Origin: Spirochaetia bacterium
Lineage (GTDB): Bacteria; Spirochaetota; Spirochaetia; SZUA-6; Bin103
Assembly (NCBI GenBank): GCA_965198005.1
Contig: CBDAOI010000003.1
Span: forward strand, 480,001-544,000
Direction of reading: 5' to 3'
Length of the DNA stretch: 64,000 nucleotides
Shown: positions 42,299 through 51,371 of the stretch, piece by piece
How the letters are laid out: each line of letters starts with the position of its first letter
How positions within the stretch are numbered: position 1 is the first letter of the stretch
Translations under genes and position numbers: made by a program
The notes under the pieces: generated by a model
What the model was told of the DNA's origin: nothing
The model's input: the letters and a program-made list of their open reading frames with translations, nothing else
The model's database searches: none

Positions 42299-42586
42299 GT
42301 GGCGAACATCATCAATCTGACTTCCACCGAGCTGGCCGACGACTGTTACGTCTACAAGCACTCCACCCAGTGCTCGCTGTGCGCGATGACGGCCGAGGTG
42401 GTCCGTGCGCATCCCTTCGACCGGCCGGTGTACTGGGTCAACGTGATCGAGCAGCGGCCGCTGTCGAACTGGATCGCGGACACCTGCGGCGTGCGCCATC
42501 AGTCGCCGCAACTGATCAAGATCAGCGGCGGACAGGTGGAGCGGCACTGGAGCCACTTGGACATTGATCCGCGCAACCTGAGCTGA
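42299..42586 (+). CDS. YtxJ/BrxC (DUF2847) thioredoxin-fold protein, copy 1
   Basis: YKHSTQCSLC, EQRPLSNWIA, VRHQSPQ and WSH motifs; no clear RBS. Confidence 0.8.
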   Translation: MANIINLTSTELADDCYVYKHSTQCSLCAMTAEVVRAHPFDRPVYWVNVIEQRPLSNWIADTCGVRHQSPQLIKISGGQVERHWSHLDIDPRNLS

Positions 42587-42633
42587 CGGCGAGTCGGAGC
42601 GGCCGCTGGGCACGGCCCTGGCCGGGCGGCGCC

Positions 42634-42851
42634 GCCGTGATAGGAGAGATCGACCAGCGATGAGGAAGGCATGCTGACGAGGTTCTCCATGCTGAACCAG
42701 CGGCTGAGGAAGCCGCGGATGCCGGGCTCCTCCACCTCGTCGATCTCGGCCACCTCTTCCTCGGCTACGCGGGCGCTCCTGGCCACCTCGGTGATCAGCG
42801 CCTTGTCGACGACGTCGTAGTTCAACAACTCCGCCGCCCGTACGCCGATGG
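42634..42851 (-). pseudogene. 218-bp near-identical duplicate of 39689-39906 (cytidylate kinase-like gene fragment)
   Basis: Direct sequence match with few substitutions. Confidence 0.92.
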
Positions 42852-42899
42852 TATCCACGAGTCCAACGCGACCGGAAAGACCGGCTCAGAAGGCCGTCG

Positions 42900-43433
42900 A
42901 TGGAGGATGAAGAGATGTCACTACCAACCTCGGAGCAGGCGAATGCCCTGCTCGCAGCTCGGTGGACGCCGGAGCAATTGTGCGAGAGCAAGAAGGCCGG
43001 CCTTGCAGTCAGCCTGTATCGGGACGGACCGGCGTCGCTCGACGACGCCGCCGAGTTTGCCGCCGTGCCGAAGGCGCGGTTATTGGAGATGATGACGGGC
43101 GACGAGCCCACACCGCTACCGTCCAAGGTAGAGCTGGGAAGAGATGCGGAGCGCTACGTTACGATAGACCCTCGCATCCTCTCGGGGACTCCTTGTCTGA
43201 AGGGGACCCGAGTGCCTGCCCACTACATCGCTGACATGGTAGAAAACGGTGACGCCGTACACCAGATCCTAGCCGCGTATCCTTCCCTTACCGAAGGACG
43301 GATCAGTGCCGCGGTCGCGTACACGCAGGCCTTTCCACGGCGTGCAAGACCGGAGAGGGAACCAGCCTGGCGAGAGCAACAGCCCATTGTCTCACGTGAG
43401 ATTGCGTTCGATGACCTGCCTCCGCCGTCGTGA
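42900..43433 (+). CDS. DUF433 antitoxin-like protein with a UPF0175-like N-terminal domain
   Basis: IDPRILSGTPCLKGTRVP...ILAAYPSLT..I.AA..Y; N-terminal LAVSLY..G..SL..AAE.A. Confidence 0.8.
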   Translation: MEDEEMSLPTSEQANALLAARWTPEQLCESKKAGLAVSLYRDGPASLDDAAEFAAVPKARLLEMMTGDEPTPLPSKVELGRDAERYVTIDPRILSGTPCLKGTRVPAHYIADMVENGDAVHQILAAYPSLTEGRISAAVAYTQAFPRRARPEREPAWREQQPIVSREIAFDDLPPPS

Positions 43434-43689
43434 AGCTTTTGATCGACGAGTGCCTGAGTCCCGACCTGTCACCGATCGCATGGAAGCGTGGACTGCTTTG
43501 CACGCACGTCACACGACTTGGGCTGAAGTCGGCGCACGACTGGGTTGGCGAGAGCATTCGGAACGCCCGATATCACGGGCGGACCTGAAGGCGATCGGGC
43601 GTGACGCAGTCGACATTACGTTTCGTGTGATTAACGCGGTAACGTCGAACAGGATTCAGTTTCCGGGCTCCGAGAGCCCCGGCGAGTAG
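43430..43689 (+). pseudogene. DUF5615 PIN-like toxin remnant
   Basis: GTG overlaps the DUF433 stop; (M)KLLIDECLSP...THV..LGL....D is followed by a deletion/frameshift and an early stop. Confidence 0.7.
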
Positions 43690-43722
43690 TCTTGTCGACG
43701 TGACTATATCGGTGAGACCGGG

Positions 43723-43941
43723 ATGCCAAACACCATGACCCTCGTCTACTACGTCGGCGGGGGAGCGAGCGCAAAGTCGTTGCCGATCGTAAGCAATACT
43801 CCCGAGCGTATGAGTGCGCTCGCTGACCAACTCGGGAACGGTGAGTGCAGTATGCGTCCTTCCGAAGAAGATACTCTCAAACAGCTCATTGAGGAAATGC
43901 AACCTTTTGGCCAAACGGGCGGACTCCAGCCCATCGATTGA
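43723..43941 (+). CDS. Short ORF, possibly the N-terminal remnant of a SIR2-like protein
   Basis: VYYVGGGASAKSLP resembles the GAGAS Rossmann loop; lower GC. Confidence 0.3.
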   Translation: MPNTMTLVYYVGGGASAKSLPIVSNTPERMSALADQLGNGECSMRPSEEDTLKQLIEEMQPFGQTGGLQPID

Positions 43942-44171
43942 TGTGCGGCTGTCCCGCTCGAGCCGAGCTGAACAGGGCGGCAACGCTCGGTGATCGGTCG
44001 CGGAGCTGCCGCTGGCCAGCCACGTGCCCTCCGCCTTCCGCAGCGCCGCTTCGGACGACTTCCCCAACGGCGCGGCGGCAGTCTGATGGAGCCGGAGCCG
44101 GAGCCCCGCACTTCCGCGGCTCTGGATTTATCCGACACGGGGGCGTACCTTCTTACCGCGGGAGAGGTGCC

Positions 44172-44459
44172 GTGGCGAACATCATCAACCTGACTTCCAC
44201 CGAGCTGGCGGACGAGTGCTACGTCTACAAGCACTCCACCCAGTGCTCGCTGTGCGCGATGGCGGCCGAGGTGATCCGCACCTACAGGTTCGACCGGCCG
44301 GTGTACTGGGTCAACGTGATCGAGCAGCGGCCGCTGTCGAACTGGATCGCGGACACCTGCGGCGTGCGCCATCAGTCGCCGCAGCTCATCAAGATCAGCG
44401 GCGGCCGCGTGGAGCAGCACTGGAGCCACTTGGACATCAGCCCCCGTAACCTGAACTGA
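44172..44459 (+). CDS. YtxJ/BrxC (DUF2847) thioredoxin-fold protein, copy 2
   Basis: Same motifs as copy 1; GGAGAGG RBS; directly upstream of the aldo/keto reductase. Confidence 0.85.
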   Translation: MANIINLTSTELADECYVYKHSTQCSLCAMAAEVIRTYRFDRPVYWVNVIEQRPLSNWIADTCGVRHQSPQLIKISGGRVEQHWSHLDISPRNLN

Positions 44460-44468
44460 CCGGCAGCC

Positions 44469-45536
44469 ATGGAGTATCGACGCATGGGGCGTACCGGGCT
44501 GAAGGTGTCCGAGCTGTGCCTCGGCACCATGACCTTCGGGGTCAGCGCCGACGAGGCGGCGGCGGCGCGGATGGTGGACGCCGCCATTGACGCCGGGGTG
44601 AACTTCTTCGACACCGCCAACTCCTACGCCGGCGGCGAGTCGGAGCGGCTGCTGGGCACGGCCCTGGCCGGGCGGCGCCAGGAAGTGGTGGTGGCCACCA
44701 AGTTCTTCAATCCCATGGGCGGCGGCGTCAACGACTCGGGCATGTCGCGGGTGCACGTCATGCGCGCCATCGACGCCAGCTTGCGGCGCCTGGGCACCGA
44801 CTGGGTGGACCTCTACTACGTCCATCACGTGGACGTGGAGACCGAGCTGGAGGAAATGCTGCACGCGGTCGACACCCTGGTGCGGCAGGGCAAGGTGCGC
44901 TACGCCGCGTGCAGCAACTACGAGGCGTGGCGGCTGAGCGAAGCGCTGTGGCTCAGCGACCACGCCGGCCTGGCCCGGTTCGAGTGCTACCAGCCGCAGT
45001 ACAGCCTGGTGGTGCGCGACGTCGAGTTGGAGTTGCTGCCGCTGTGCGCCTACAAGCGGCTCGGGGTGGCGGTATGGGCGCCGCTGGCCGGCGGCTTTCT
45101 GGGCGGCAGGTACCGGCCGGGCGTGCCGGTGCAGGAGGGCACCCGTTCGGCCGAGGGCTGGGCCTTTCCGCGTCCCTTCTTCGCGCCGTCTGCCGACGCC
45201 ACCCTGAAGCTGCTGCTGGAGCGCGCGCCCGACACCGGCCGGACGCCGGCGCAGGTGGCGCTGCGCTGGGTCCTGGAGCGGCCCGGCATCACCTCGGCCA
45301 TAGTGGGCGCGCGCGATGTCGAGCAGTTGAGGGAGAACCTTGGCAGCGTCGGCTGGCGGCTCGACCCCGAGCTGGCGCAGGCCCTTACTGCGGTGAGCGA
45401 ACCGCCGCCCCGCTACCCGCAATCGATGGAACAGAGCATGGCGCAACGGCGGGCCGCGGCGGTCACCGCGCCGCAACCGTACGGGGCGCCGGGCCCGGCT
45501 GAGGAGCCGAGGCGCAAGCCCGCCGGAAGCCCGTAG
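44469..45536 (+). CDS. Aldo/keto reductase
   Basis: GLKVSELCLGTMTFG, FDTANSY, ATK, SLRRLGTD.VDLYYVH and PLAGG.L motifs. Confidence 0.95.
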   Translation: MEYRRMGRTGLKVSELCLGTMTFGVSADEAAAARMVDAAIDAGVNFFDTANSYAGGESERLLGTALAGRRQEVVVATKFFNPMGGGVNDSGMSRVHVMRAIDASLRRLGTDWVDLYYVHHVDVETELEEMLHAVDTLVRQGKVRYAACSNYEAWRLSEALWLSDHAGLARFECYQPQYSLVVRDVELELLPLCAYKRLGVAVWAPLAGGFLGGRYRPGVPVQEGTRSAEGWAFPRPFFAPSADATLKLLLERAPDTGRTPAQVALRWVLERPGITSAIVGARDVEQLRENLGSVGWRLDPELAQALTAVSEPPPRYPQSMEQSMAQRRAAAVTAPQPYGAPGPAEEPRRKPAGSP

Positions 45537-45686
45537 CGCCGTCGGCCACGCCACGGGCGGCACCCGGGTGCCGCCGCCGAACTGGTAAACCGCGTTGCGC
45601 GTTTAGGGTTTAGGATGTCGTGATCGACCTTACCGCACACGGCGGCGGCACGGGCTTGGCTGCCGACCACGCCGGAGGCAGCCCGG

Positions 45687-46442
45687 TCAGGTACGGTGGT
45701 CTTCCGCGGCGCCGGTGGGCACGAAGCCGAGCACGGAGCGGCCGTGCTCCAGGTCGCGGTAGCCCCAGCGGTTGTTCGACGTCACGTAGAACACGTCGTA
45801 CTTGAGGTCCGCCGGGGCGTCGAGGCAACGCTCCACCATCTGCGCGATGTCCGCTTGGCTGCAGTAGACCGAGAACTGGCGCGGCAGCGTGGGCTTGTCC
45901 TCTGCCACCACGTTGCCGATGCGCAGGCAGAGAATCGACAGCTCGGTGGTATCGGTGAAGTGCCGGGCCAGCGCCTCGCCGAACACCTTGCTGCAGCCGT
46001 ACAGGCCGCGCGGCCACACCGCCGACTCGTGCGTGAGCCGGTCCCAGGTGGCGGGCGCCGCCTGGTAGCGGCCTTCGACGAGCGCCCGGTAGGGCATCAC
46101 GTTCTCCCACCCGGCGGTCGCCATCCCGCTGCTGGCGTACACGATGCGCCGTACCCCGGCCCGGCGCGCCGCCTCGAACACGTTGTAGGTGCCGACGATG
46201 TTGTCGTTGAGGATCGTCTCCCAGCTTTCTGACGGGCGGGCGAACGCAGCCAGGTGCACGACCGCGTCGATCCCGTCAAACGCGGGCCGAATCGCCTCCA
46301 GGTCGCCGACGTCGGCCGTAACGCACGGCACGCCCGGCAACGCGCGCCGGTTCAGCGCGCGCAACGCGAACCGCCCCTGCAGGTGATCCCGCAGCACGCC
46401 GCCGATCAGGCCGCTCATGCCGGTAATCAGAACGTTCTTCAT
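45687..46442 (-). CDS. NAD-dependent epimerase/dehydratase (uronate dehydrogenase-like)
   Basis: ITGMSGLIG, VVHLAA, YASS, YGCSK and LRIG motifs. Confidence 0.9.
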   Translation of the reverse strand: MKNVLITGMSGLIGGVLRDHLQGRFALRALNRRALPGVPCVTADVGDLEAIRPAFDGIDAVVHLAAFARPSESWETILNDNIVGTYNVFEAARRAGVRRIVYASSGMATAGWENVMPYRALVEGRYQAAPATWDRLTHESAVWPRGLYGCSKVFGEALARHFTDTTELSILCLRIGNVVAEDKPTLPRQFSVYCSQADIAQMVERCLDAPADLKYDVFYVTSNNRWGYRDLEHGRSVLGFVPTGAAEDHRT

Positions 46443-46500
46443 GTGTGTCGGAGCCGCGCGGCGCCGCACACAACGGCACCGCGCATCTCGGCACCAAGCC

Positions 46501-47204
46501 TCAGAACGCCACGTCGATGCCCAGGTTGACCCGGTGGGTGAGCATCAGCCCCGGGGATACGGTTACGTATTCGTCGCCGACAATTTCCTTGGTCGACTTC
46601 AACTGCGGGTTGACGATCCCGAACAGCCGGTAGCCGAGGTCGAGCCCGATGGCGTCGGTAAGCTGGTAGACCACGCCGGCGCCGCCCTGGAAGGCGAACA
46701 CCCATCCGGAGAAGACCTTCTCGCTAAGGGACAATCAAATCGGAAGGTGTCCGCCCTTAGGTGCCGTCGCGCTGATGAGCCGCCGCCGCCGCCGACCCCG
46801 ATGTAGGGAACGAACGCGGTGCCGGTGTCGACGTCCAGCCAGACGTTGGCGGTGCCGCCGAACAGCGTGAAGCCCCCCTTCGGAGTCCTTGTCCCCGGCG
46901 TCGTCACCGGCCTCAGTGACGGCAAACCCCGCGTTCAGGTAGGAGACCTCGGCGTCGACGCGGAAGTCGCCGAAGTCGTAGCCCACGCCGCCGGCGAAGC
47001 CGAAGCCGAACGAGAACGACCAGTCGGTGTCCTCCTTCCGCCGAGCCCATGCTTCGCCTTGACCTTGCTCGCGTCGCCGACCAGATTGGCGCCGACGTCG
47101 AGCGAACCATAGAGGCCGGTGCCGCCCATTCCCAGCTGCGCGAAGGTGGCCACCGATTGCGCGGCCAGCAAAACCACAGTGCAGAGCACCGCATAGATAC
47201 GCAT
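46501..47204 (-). pseudogene. Outer-membrane beta-barrel protein (opacity/P44-like), multiply frameshifted
   Basis: Signal peptide, GYDFGDFRVDAEVSY, PYIGVGGG, FQGGAG...LDLGYR and terminal F are spread over four ORF pieces. Confidence 0.8.
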
Positions 47205-47280
47205 GTGTCAGATCCCTCCCAGATGGATCGAATAGTATTCTCTACCTTACTACACAAGAAAAAGTTGTGCAACTGCTTAT

Positions 47281-47301
47281 CCGGTAACATCCCGGTAACA
47301 T
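47281..47301. promoter_or_regulatory. Direct repeat with 11-bp period; possible OmpR/PhoB-family binding site
   Basis: ccggtaacat-c-ccggtaacat in an AT-rich divergent intergenic region. Confidence 0.4.
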
Positions 47302-47331
47302 TTCGCCAGCAGCAGTATATTGTATCCGCGC

Positions 47332-48282
47332 ATGTCTGTCCGCGGCGATTTGCCCCGACTGATTCCCGTCGCCGCGGCGGTGGCGGTGATCGCCGCGGGG
47401 CTGGCCGCCTTCCTCGCCGTGCGTGGTCCCGCGCCGGAACGGGTGGCGGCGGACTTCCTGCGCGCCCGCTACGTCAACGACGCGCGTGCGGTGTACGCGG
47501 TGGCCTCGGCCGCCGACCGCCGCTACCGCTCGCTCGAAGAACACCTGCAGAGCCATCCCCCGTTTCCGGCCGACTACCAGGAACTGATCGACGAGCTGGC
47601 GCGATTCATCGAGATCCGCGCCACCGACGTGGCGCTGCAACCGGACCGCGGCCTGGTGACCGTGCGCGGCTCGGTCCCGAACGCCAACCACCCGGAGTTG
47701 GCGGGCCTGCTGCACGGCACGGGCGCGGAGGCGGCGCCCGCCTCCCTGCCTGAGCGCCGGTCCGCGCTCCGCGCGCGGGGCCGGGACGGCGCGCTGCCCG
47801 TGATCGAGTTCACCGAGCAGGTGGAGCTGGTGCGCGAGCCGGACGGCTGGCGGGTGTTCCTCGACTGGGCGGTGGGCCACACCATCACCTTCGCCGCCGA
47901 GGTGCGCGAGCAGCTCCCGTTCGAGTTCAGCGTGCAGCCGGCCAGCGTCACGCTCAAGCCGGGCGAGGTCGCAGCGGCGCTGTTCCGCGCCCGCAACACG
48001 TCAGACCGCACCGTCAAGGCCAAGGCCGGGCACCTGTTCGACCCGCCCGTGGCGTTCCTGCACACCGAGCTGGTGCAGTGCTTCTGCTTCTTCGAAGACA
48101 CGTTCGCCGCGGGCGAGGAAAAGGAACTGCCGGTGGCGGTCCGGCTCGGCTGGGACATTCCACCCGACCTCACCGAGATCACCATGACCTACGAGTACTA
48201 CCCGCTGGAGCGGTTCCAGGACCGCCGGCCCGCCGTGACCGGTGCCCCGGCCGACCAGGCTGGCCGCGGCGCCGCCGACTGA
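47332..48282 (+). CDS. CtaG/Cox11-domain copper chaperone with an extra N-terminal domain
   Basis: C-terminal VTLKPGE...ARN...QCFCF....A.EE.ELPV; N-terminal TM segment. Confidence 0.75.
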   Translation: MSVRGDLPRLIPVAAAVAVIAAGLAAFLAVRGPAPERVAADFLRARYVNDARAVYAVASAADRRYRSLEEHLQSHPPFPADYQELIDELARFIEIRATDVALQPDRGLVTVRGSVPNANHPELAGLLHGTGAEAAPASLPERRSALRARGRDGALPVIEFTEQVELVREPDGWRVFLDWAVGHTITFAAEVREQLPFEFSVQPASVTLKPGEVAAALFRARNTSDRTVKAKAGHLFDPPVAFLHTELVQCFCFFEDTFAAGEEKELPVAVRLGWDIPPDLTEITMTYEYYPLERFQDRRPAVTGAPADQAGRGAAD

Positions 48283-48418
48283 AAGCCGGTCAGCGGCTGC
48301 CGGCAAGTGTCTTGAGTCGGCAAGGACACTCCGTGGAAGACCATGAAAATCGATGTTCAGGCATCGCCGGTTGGCCAGCATTTTCGGGTTAGTGATCGGG
48401 GCCTGGACGACCCGTGGG

Positions 48419-49000
48419 TCAGGCGATGTCGTACGGAACGGCGATGATGATGGCGATCAGCATGCCATCCCGCTCGAGCACCAGATCGACCTCCGTGCCG
48501 GAGTGCACGCGCCAGTGATGGGCGCGCGGCGGATGCCGCATCGTCTGAGCCTGCTTGAGCAGATCGAGGACGACGTGAGTTTCGAACAGAGCGCCCTGAA
48601 TCGGATTCGACAGCAGGGCCGTGGGGCTGGAGATTCGCTGGGTCCACGCCGCCAGGCCGGTGTCGGCGCACAGGCCGACGAGACGCGCAAACAGATCCGC
48701 GTCTTCGACCGCGGCAACCCGGCGCACGTCGCGTTCGACGTAGGTCCGCAGGTAAGAGAAGAACAGATCGGGGAGAATCTCGTCGTCGTGGTCCAGGTGA
48801 CCGGGGAACCCGCCCCGCCAGAGGCGGCTTGCCAAGGTGGGCTCGATAGCGCGTTGCGGCAGCCGGTCGCACCCGCGCAACTTGGCGAGCGGGTTGGCGG
48901 CGAACAAGTCTTCAACCCACGTCCCCTGTGTCGTCCCCCGGTGGCAGCGCTCGGCCAACGCGAGAAACGGAAGATCGAGCACAGCCACTCGTCCGGCCAT
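48419..49000 (-). pseudogene. AAA_14/DUF4143 ATPase remnant
   Basis: AGRVAVLDL, RGGFP, YLRTYVERDV, DTGL, GALFET.V and EVDLVLE motifs; internally deleted and 5'-truncated. Confidence 0.82.
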
Positions 49001-49381
49001 GGGCGTAGGTCTCAAATTGACCGGTCGAGGCAGCACGGCCGTGTGCCAGCTCGACCATGCGCGGGCGCGGGCGCATCCCGCCGGCAGGTGGCGCGGCCGT
49101 CATGAACCGCCGGCCGGCGGCGGTTCCCAAAGCACGTCGAGCGCCGCCGCCAGGTCGAGCGACTCCCCGTACCACTCCGGCGTCGCCGTATGCGGGCCGA
49201 TCGTGATCCCCGCCTGCCGCAGCCGCGCCTCGGTCGGCTCCAGCGGCGCCCCCTCCCAGCGAGGCGCCACCGGCACCGCCGGCAGCGGCGCACCATCCGG
49301 CCGCCGGAACACAAGCTGCCCATCCGCGCCAGAGACCACCTGCAACCCCTCCTCGTGCACCGCCCGGTGGTGGTAGCGACA
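49000..49381 (-). repeat. 382-bp inverted repeat, left copy: 3' end of an HNH endonuclease gene plus 3' flank
   Basis: Reverse complement of 52772-53153 with about 4 mismatches; encodes CRYHHRAVHEEG...FRRPDG. Confidence 0.95.
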
Positions 49382-49470
49382 CACGAGAACTAATGCGGTG
49401 CCCGGGGTAATGCGGAGTCACATGACCTAATTCCTTTAGGAATGGCTCTTGAGGCCCAGATCGCTGTGCA

Positions 49471-50463
49471 TTATCCCGGGGCCAGAAGCGAGGCGATCAG
49501 CGCGTCGGGCGCCTTGAATCGCCCGCGCCGCAGTTCCGGCGGCAGTACAGCTTCGACGGCCTCCAGCTTTTCGGTGGGGTCCACGCGCAGATAGACTTCG
49601 GTGGTGCGCACATCGGCGTGTCCCAGCCATAGGGCGACCTTGCGGATATCGCCGGTAGCCTGAAGCATGGTGAGAGCGCAGCTATGGCGTAACTGGTGGG
49701 GCGAGATCGGGCGTCCCGCCAGCGAGGGACATGCCGTCGCGGCTGCCCGCACGTGCTTGTCCAGGACGTACTCGAATCCGGCGCGGCTCATGGGCCTGTC
49801 GGTGGCGTTCAGGAACAGCTCCGGCACTGGATTCTCGCCGCGGACGGCGAGCCAGGCACGGAGGTCGGCGGCGGTTTGTTTCCACAGCGGGAGACAGCGC
49901 TCACGGCGGCCCTTGCCAAGCACTCGGAGACTCGCAGTTCCGCGCAGCGACAGATCTGCCACCTGCGCCGTCACCAGTTCGGACACGCGCAGAGCAGCAG
50001 CGAAGCAGAGATGGAGCATGGCGCGGTCGCGGATGCCGAACCGGGTGGTGGTATCGGGAGCGTCCAGGAGCGCGCTGATCTCGTCCATGGTCAGGTGGCG
50101 GACGAGCGGCTGATCATGGCGTTTGGTCGGGATGGCAAGGATCTGTCTGGCTTGGTCGAGCGCAGCCGGGTGGCGGAACTCGACATAGCGCATGAAGGCT
50201 TTCACTGCTGCCAGTCGGATGTTGCGGCTGGCCGGGCTGCCACCACGATCCACCTCGAAGTGGGTGAGGAAAGCCAGGATGAGCGGGGCGTCGAGGTGTT
50301 TGAGGTACAGCTGCGATGGTCTGATGCCGAGGCGATCGGCAGCGAAGATGAACAACAGCCGGAAGGCATAGGCGTAGCTCTCACAGGTATGGGGGCTATA
50401 GCCGCGCTGCACGGGGAGGTAGTCGCGCAGGAAGTCGGTGATCAGGGGAGCGATAGGAGTCAT
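49471..50463 (-). CDS. Tyrosine recombinase, RitC-like
   Basis: LRVSE, GKGRRER, PHQLRH, LGH and TEVY motifs. Confidence 0.93.
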   Translation of the reverse strand: MTPIAPLITDFLRDYLPVQRGYSPHTCESYAYAFRLLFIFAADRLGIRPSQLYLKHLDAPLILAFLTHFEVDRGGSPASRNIRLAAVKAFMRYVEFRHPAALDQARQILAIPTKRHDQPLVRHLTMDEISALLDAPDTTTRFGIRDRAMLHLCFAAALRVSELVTAQVADLSLRGTASLRVLGKGRRERCLPLWKQTAADLRAWLAVRGENPVPELFLNATDRPMSRAGFEYVLDKHVRAAATACPSLAGRPISPHQLRHSCALTMLQATGDIRKVALWLGHADVRTTEVYLRVDPTEKLEAVEAVLPPELRRGRFKAPDALIASLLAPG

Positions 50464-51371
50464 GCCAACCTCCCGGCAACCAGGTTCTCGCCGGCCGTGG
50501 CGATGTCGGCCATCAATTCCGGCGTCGCCTCCAGGTACCAGTAGGTGTAGGCGGGGTTGGCGTGGCCGAGGTAGGTGGAGAGCGCGACCAGGTGGCGCGC
50601 CACTGATTCACGTCGGACCGCACAGCGTTGCAGGGATCTGGTGGCAAAGGTGTGGCGCAGATCCGCCAGGCGCGGGCGGCGCTGGCGGCCAGGAGCGATG
50701 CCTGTGAGCCGGATCACTTTTTGGAAGGTGGTACTGGCCATCGGGGTGGGGATGCGCCGGTGGTTCGCCGACACGAACAGATGGTCGTCGGCGATGGCGA
50801 CCCGCTGGCGCTCCTGCAAGTACGCAGTCAGAGCGTCGACCGAAGTCGCATGCAGCGGCACCAGGCGGCTCTTGGCGAACTTGGTTTGGCGGATGCGCAG
50901 GACAGCGTTGGGGAGCAGGTCGTCGAAGCGCAGGTCGAGTGCCTCCGAGACCCGCAGTCCGGTGGCCGCGATGAGCCCGATCAGGGTCGCATAGACGGGC
51001 CGGCGCAGCGCGTAGGAGCATGGCAGACGGTGCGCCGCCGCCAGCAGTTGGCCGATCTCAGCAGGCGTGTAGATGTAGGGTGGCTGGCGCACCACACGGA
51101 CATGGAAGTAGCGAGCTGGGGGTATCTCGTGGGTGGTGTCCTCGGCGTACAAGAAGCGGGCCAACAGGACAACGTCATGCAGTCGAACATGGCGCATGTG
51201 CGGCGAGGACGCCTGCGCTGCCCACGCCACGGCGGTAGTGGCGCGGACATGGGTGTCGCCCCTGTCGATGGCGAAACGTGCGTACGCCTGGAGATTGCGG
51301 GCTGTGTCCCGTAGCTTGTAGCCGAGGGTTCGCCGCAGTGCGAGATAGCGCTCTACGTGGTCGTTCAGCAT
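50460..51371 (-). CDS. Tyrosine recombinase, RitB-like
   Basis: TGLRVSEA, TKFAKSR, RLADLRHTFA, YLGH and TYWYL motifs. Confidence 0.92.
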   Translation of the reverse strand: MLNDHVERYLALRRTLGYKLRDTARNLQAYARFAIDRGDTHVRATTAVAWAAQASSPHMRHVRLHDVVLLARFLYAEDTTHEIPPARYFHVRVVRQPPYIYTPAEIGQLLAAAHRLPCSYALRRPVYATLIGLIAATGLRVSEALDLRFDDLLPNAVLRIRQTKFAKSRLVPLHATSVDALTAYLQERQRVAIADDHLFVSANHRRIPTPMASTTFQKVIRLTGIAPGRQRRPRLADLRHTFATRSLQRCAVRRESVARHLVALSTYLGHANPAYTYWYLEATPELMADIATAGENLVAGRLA

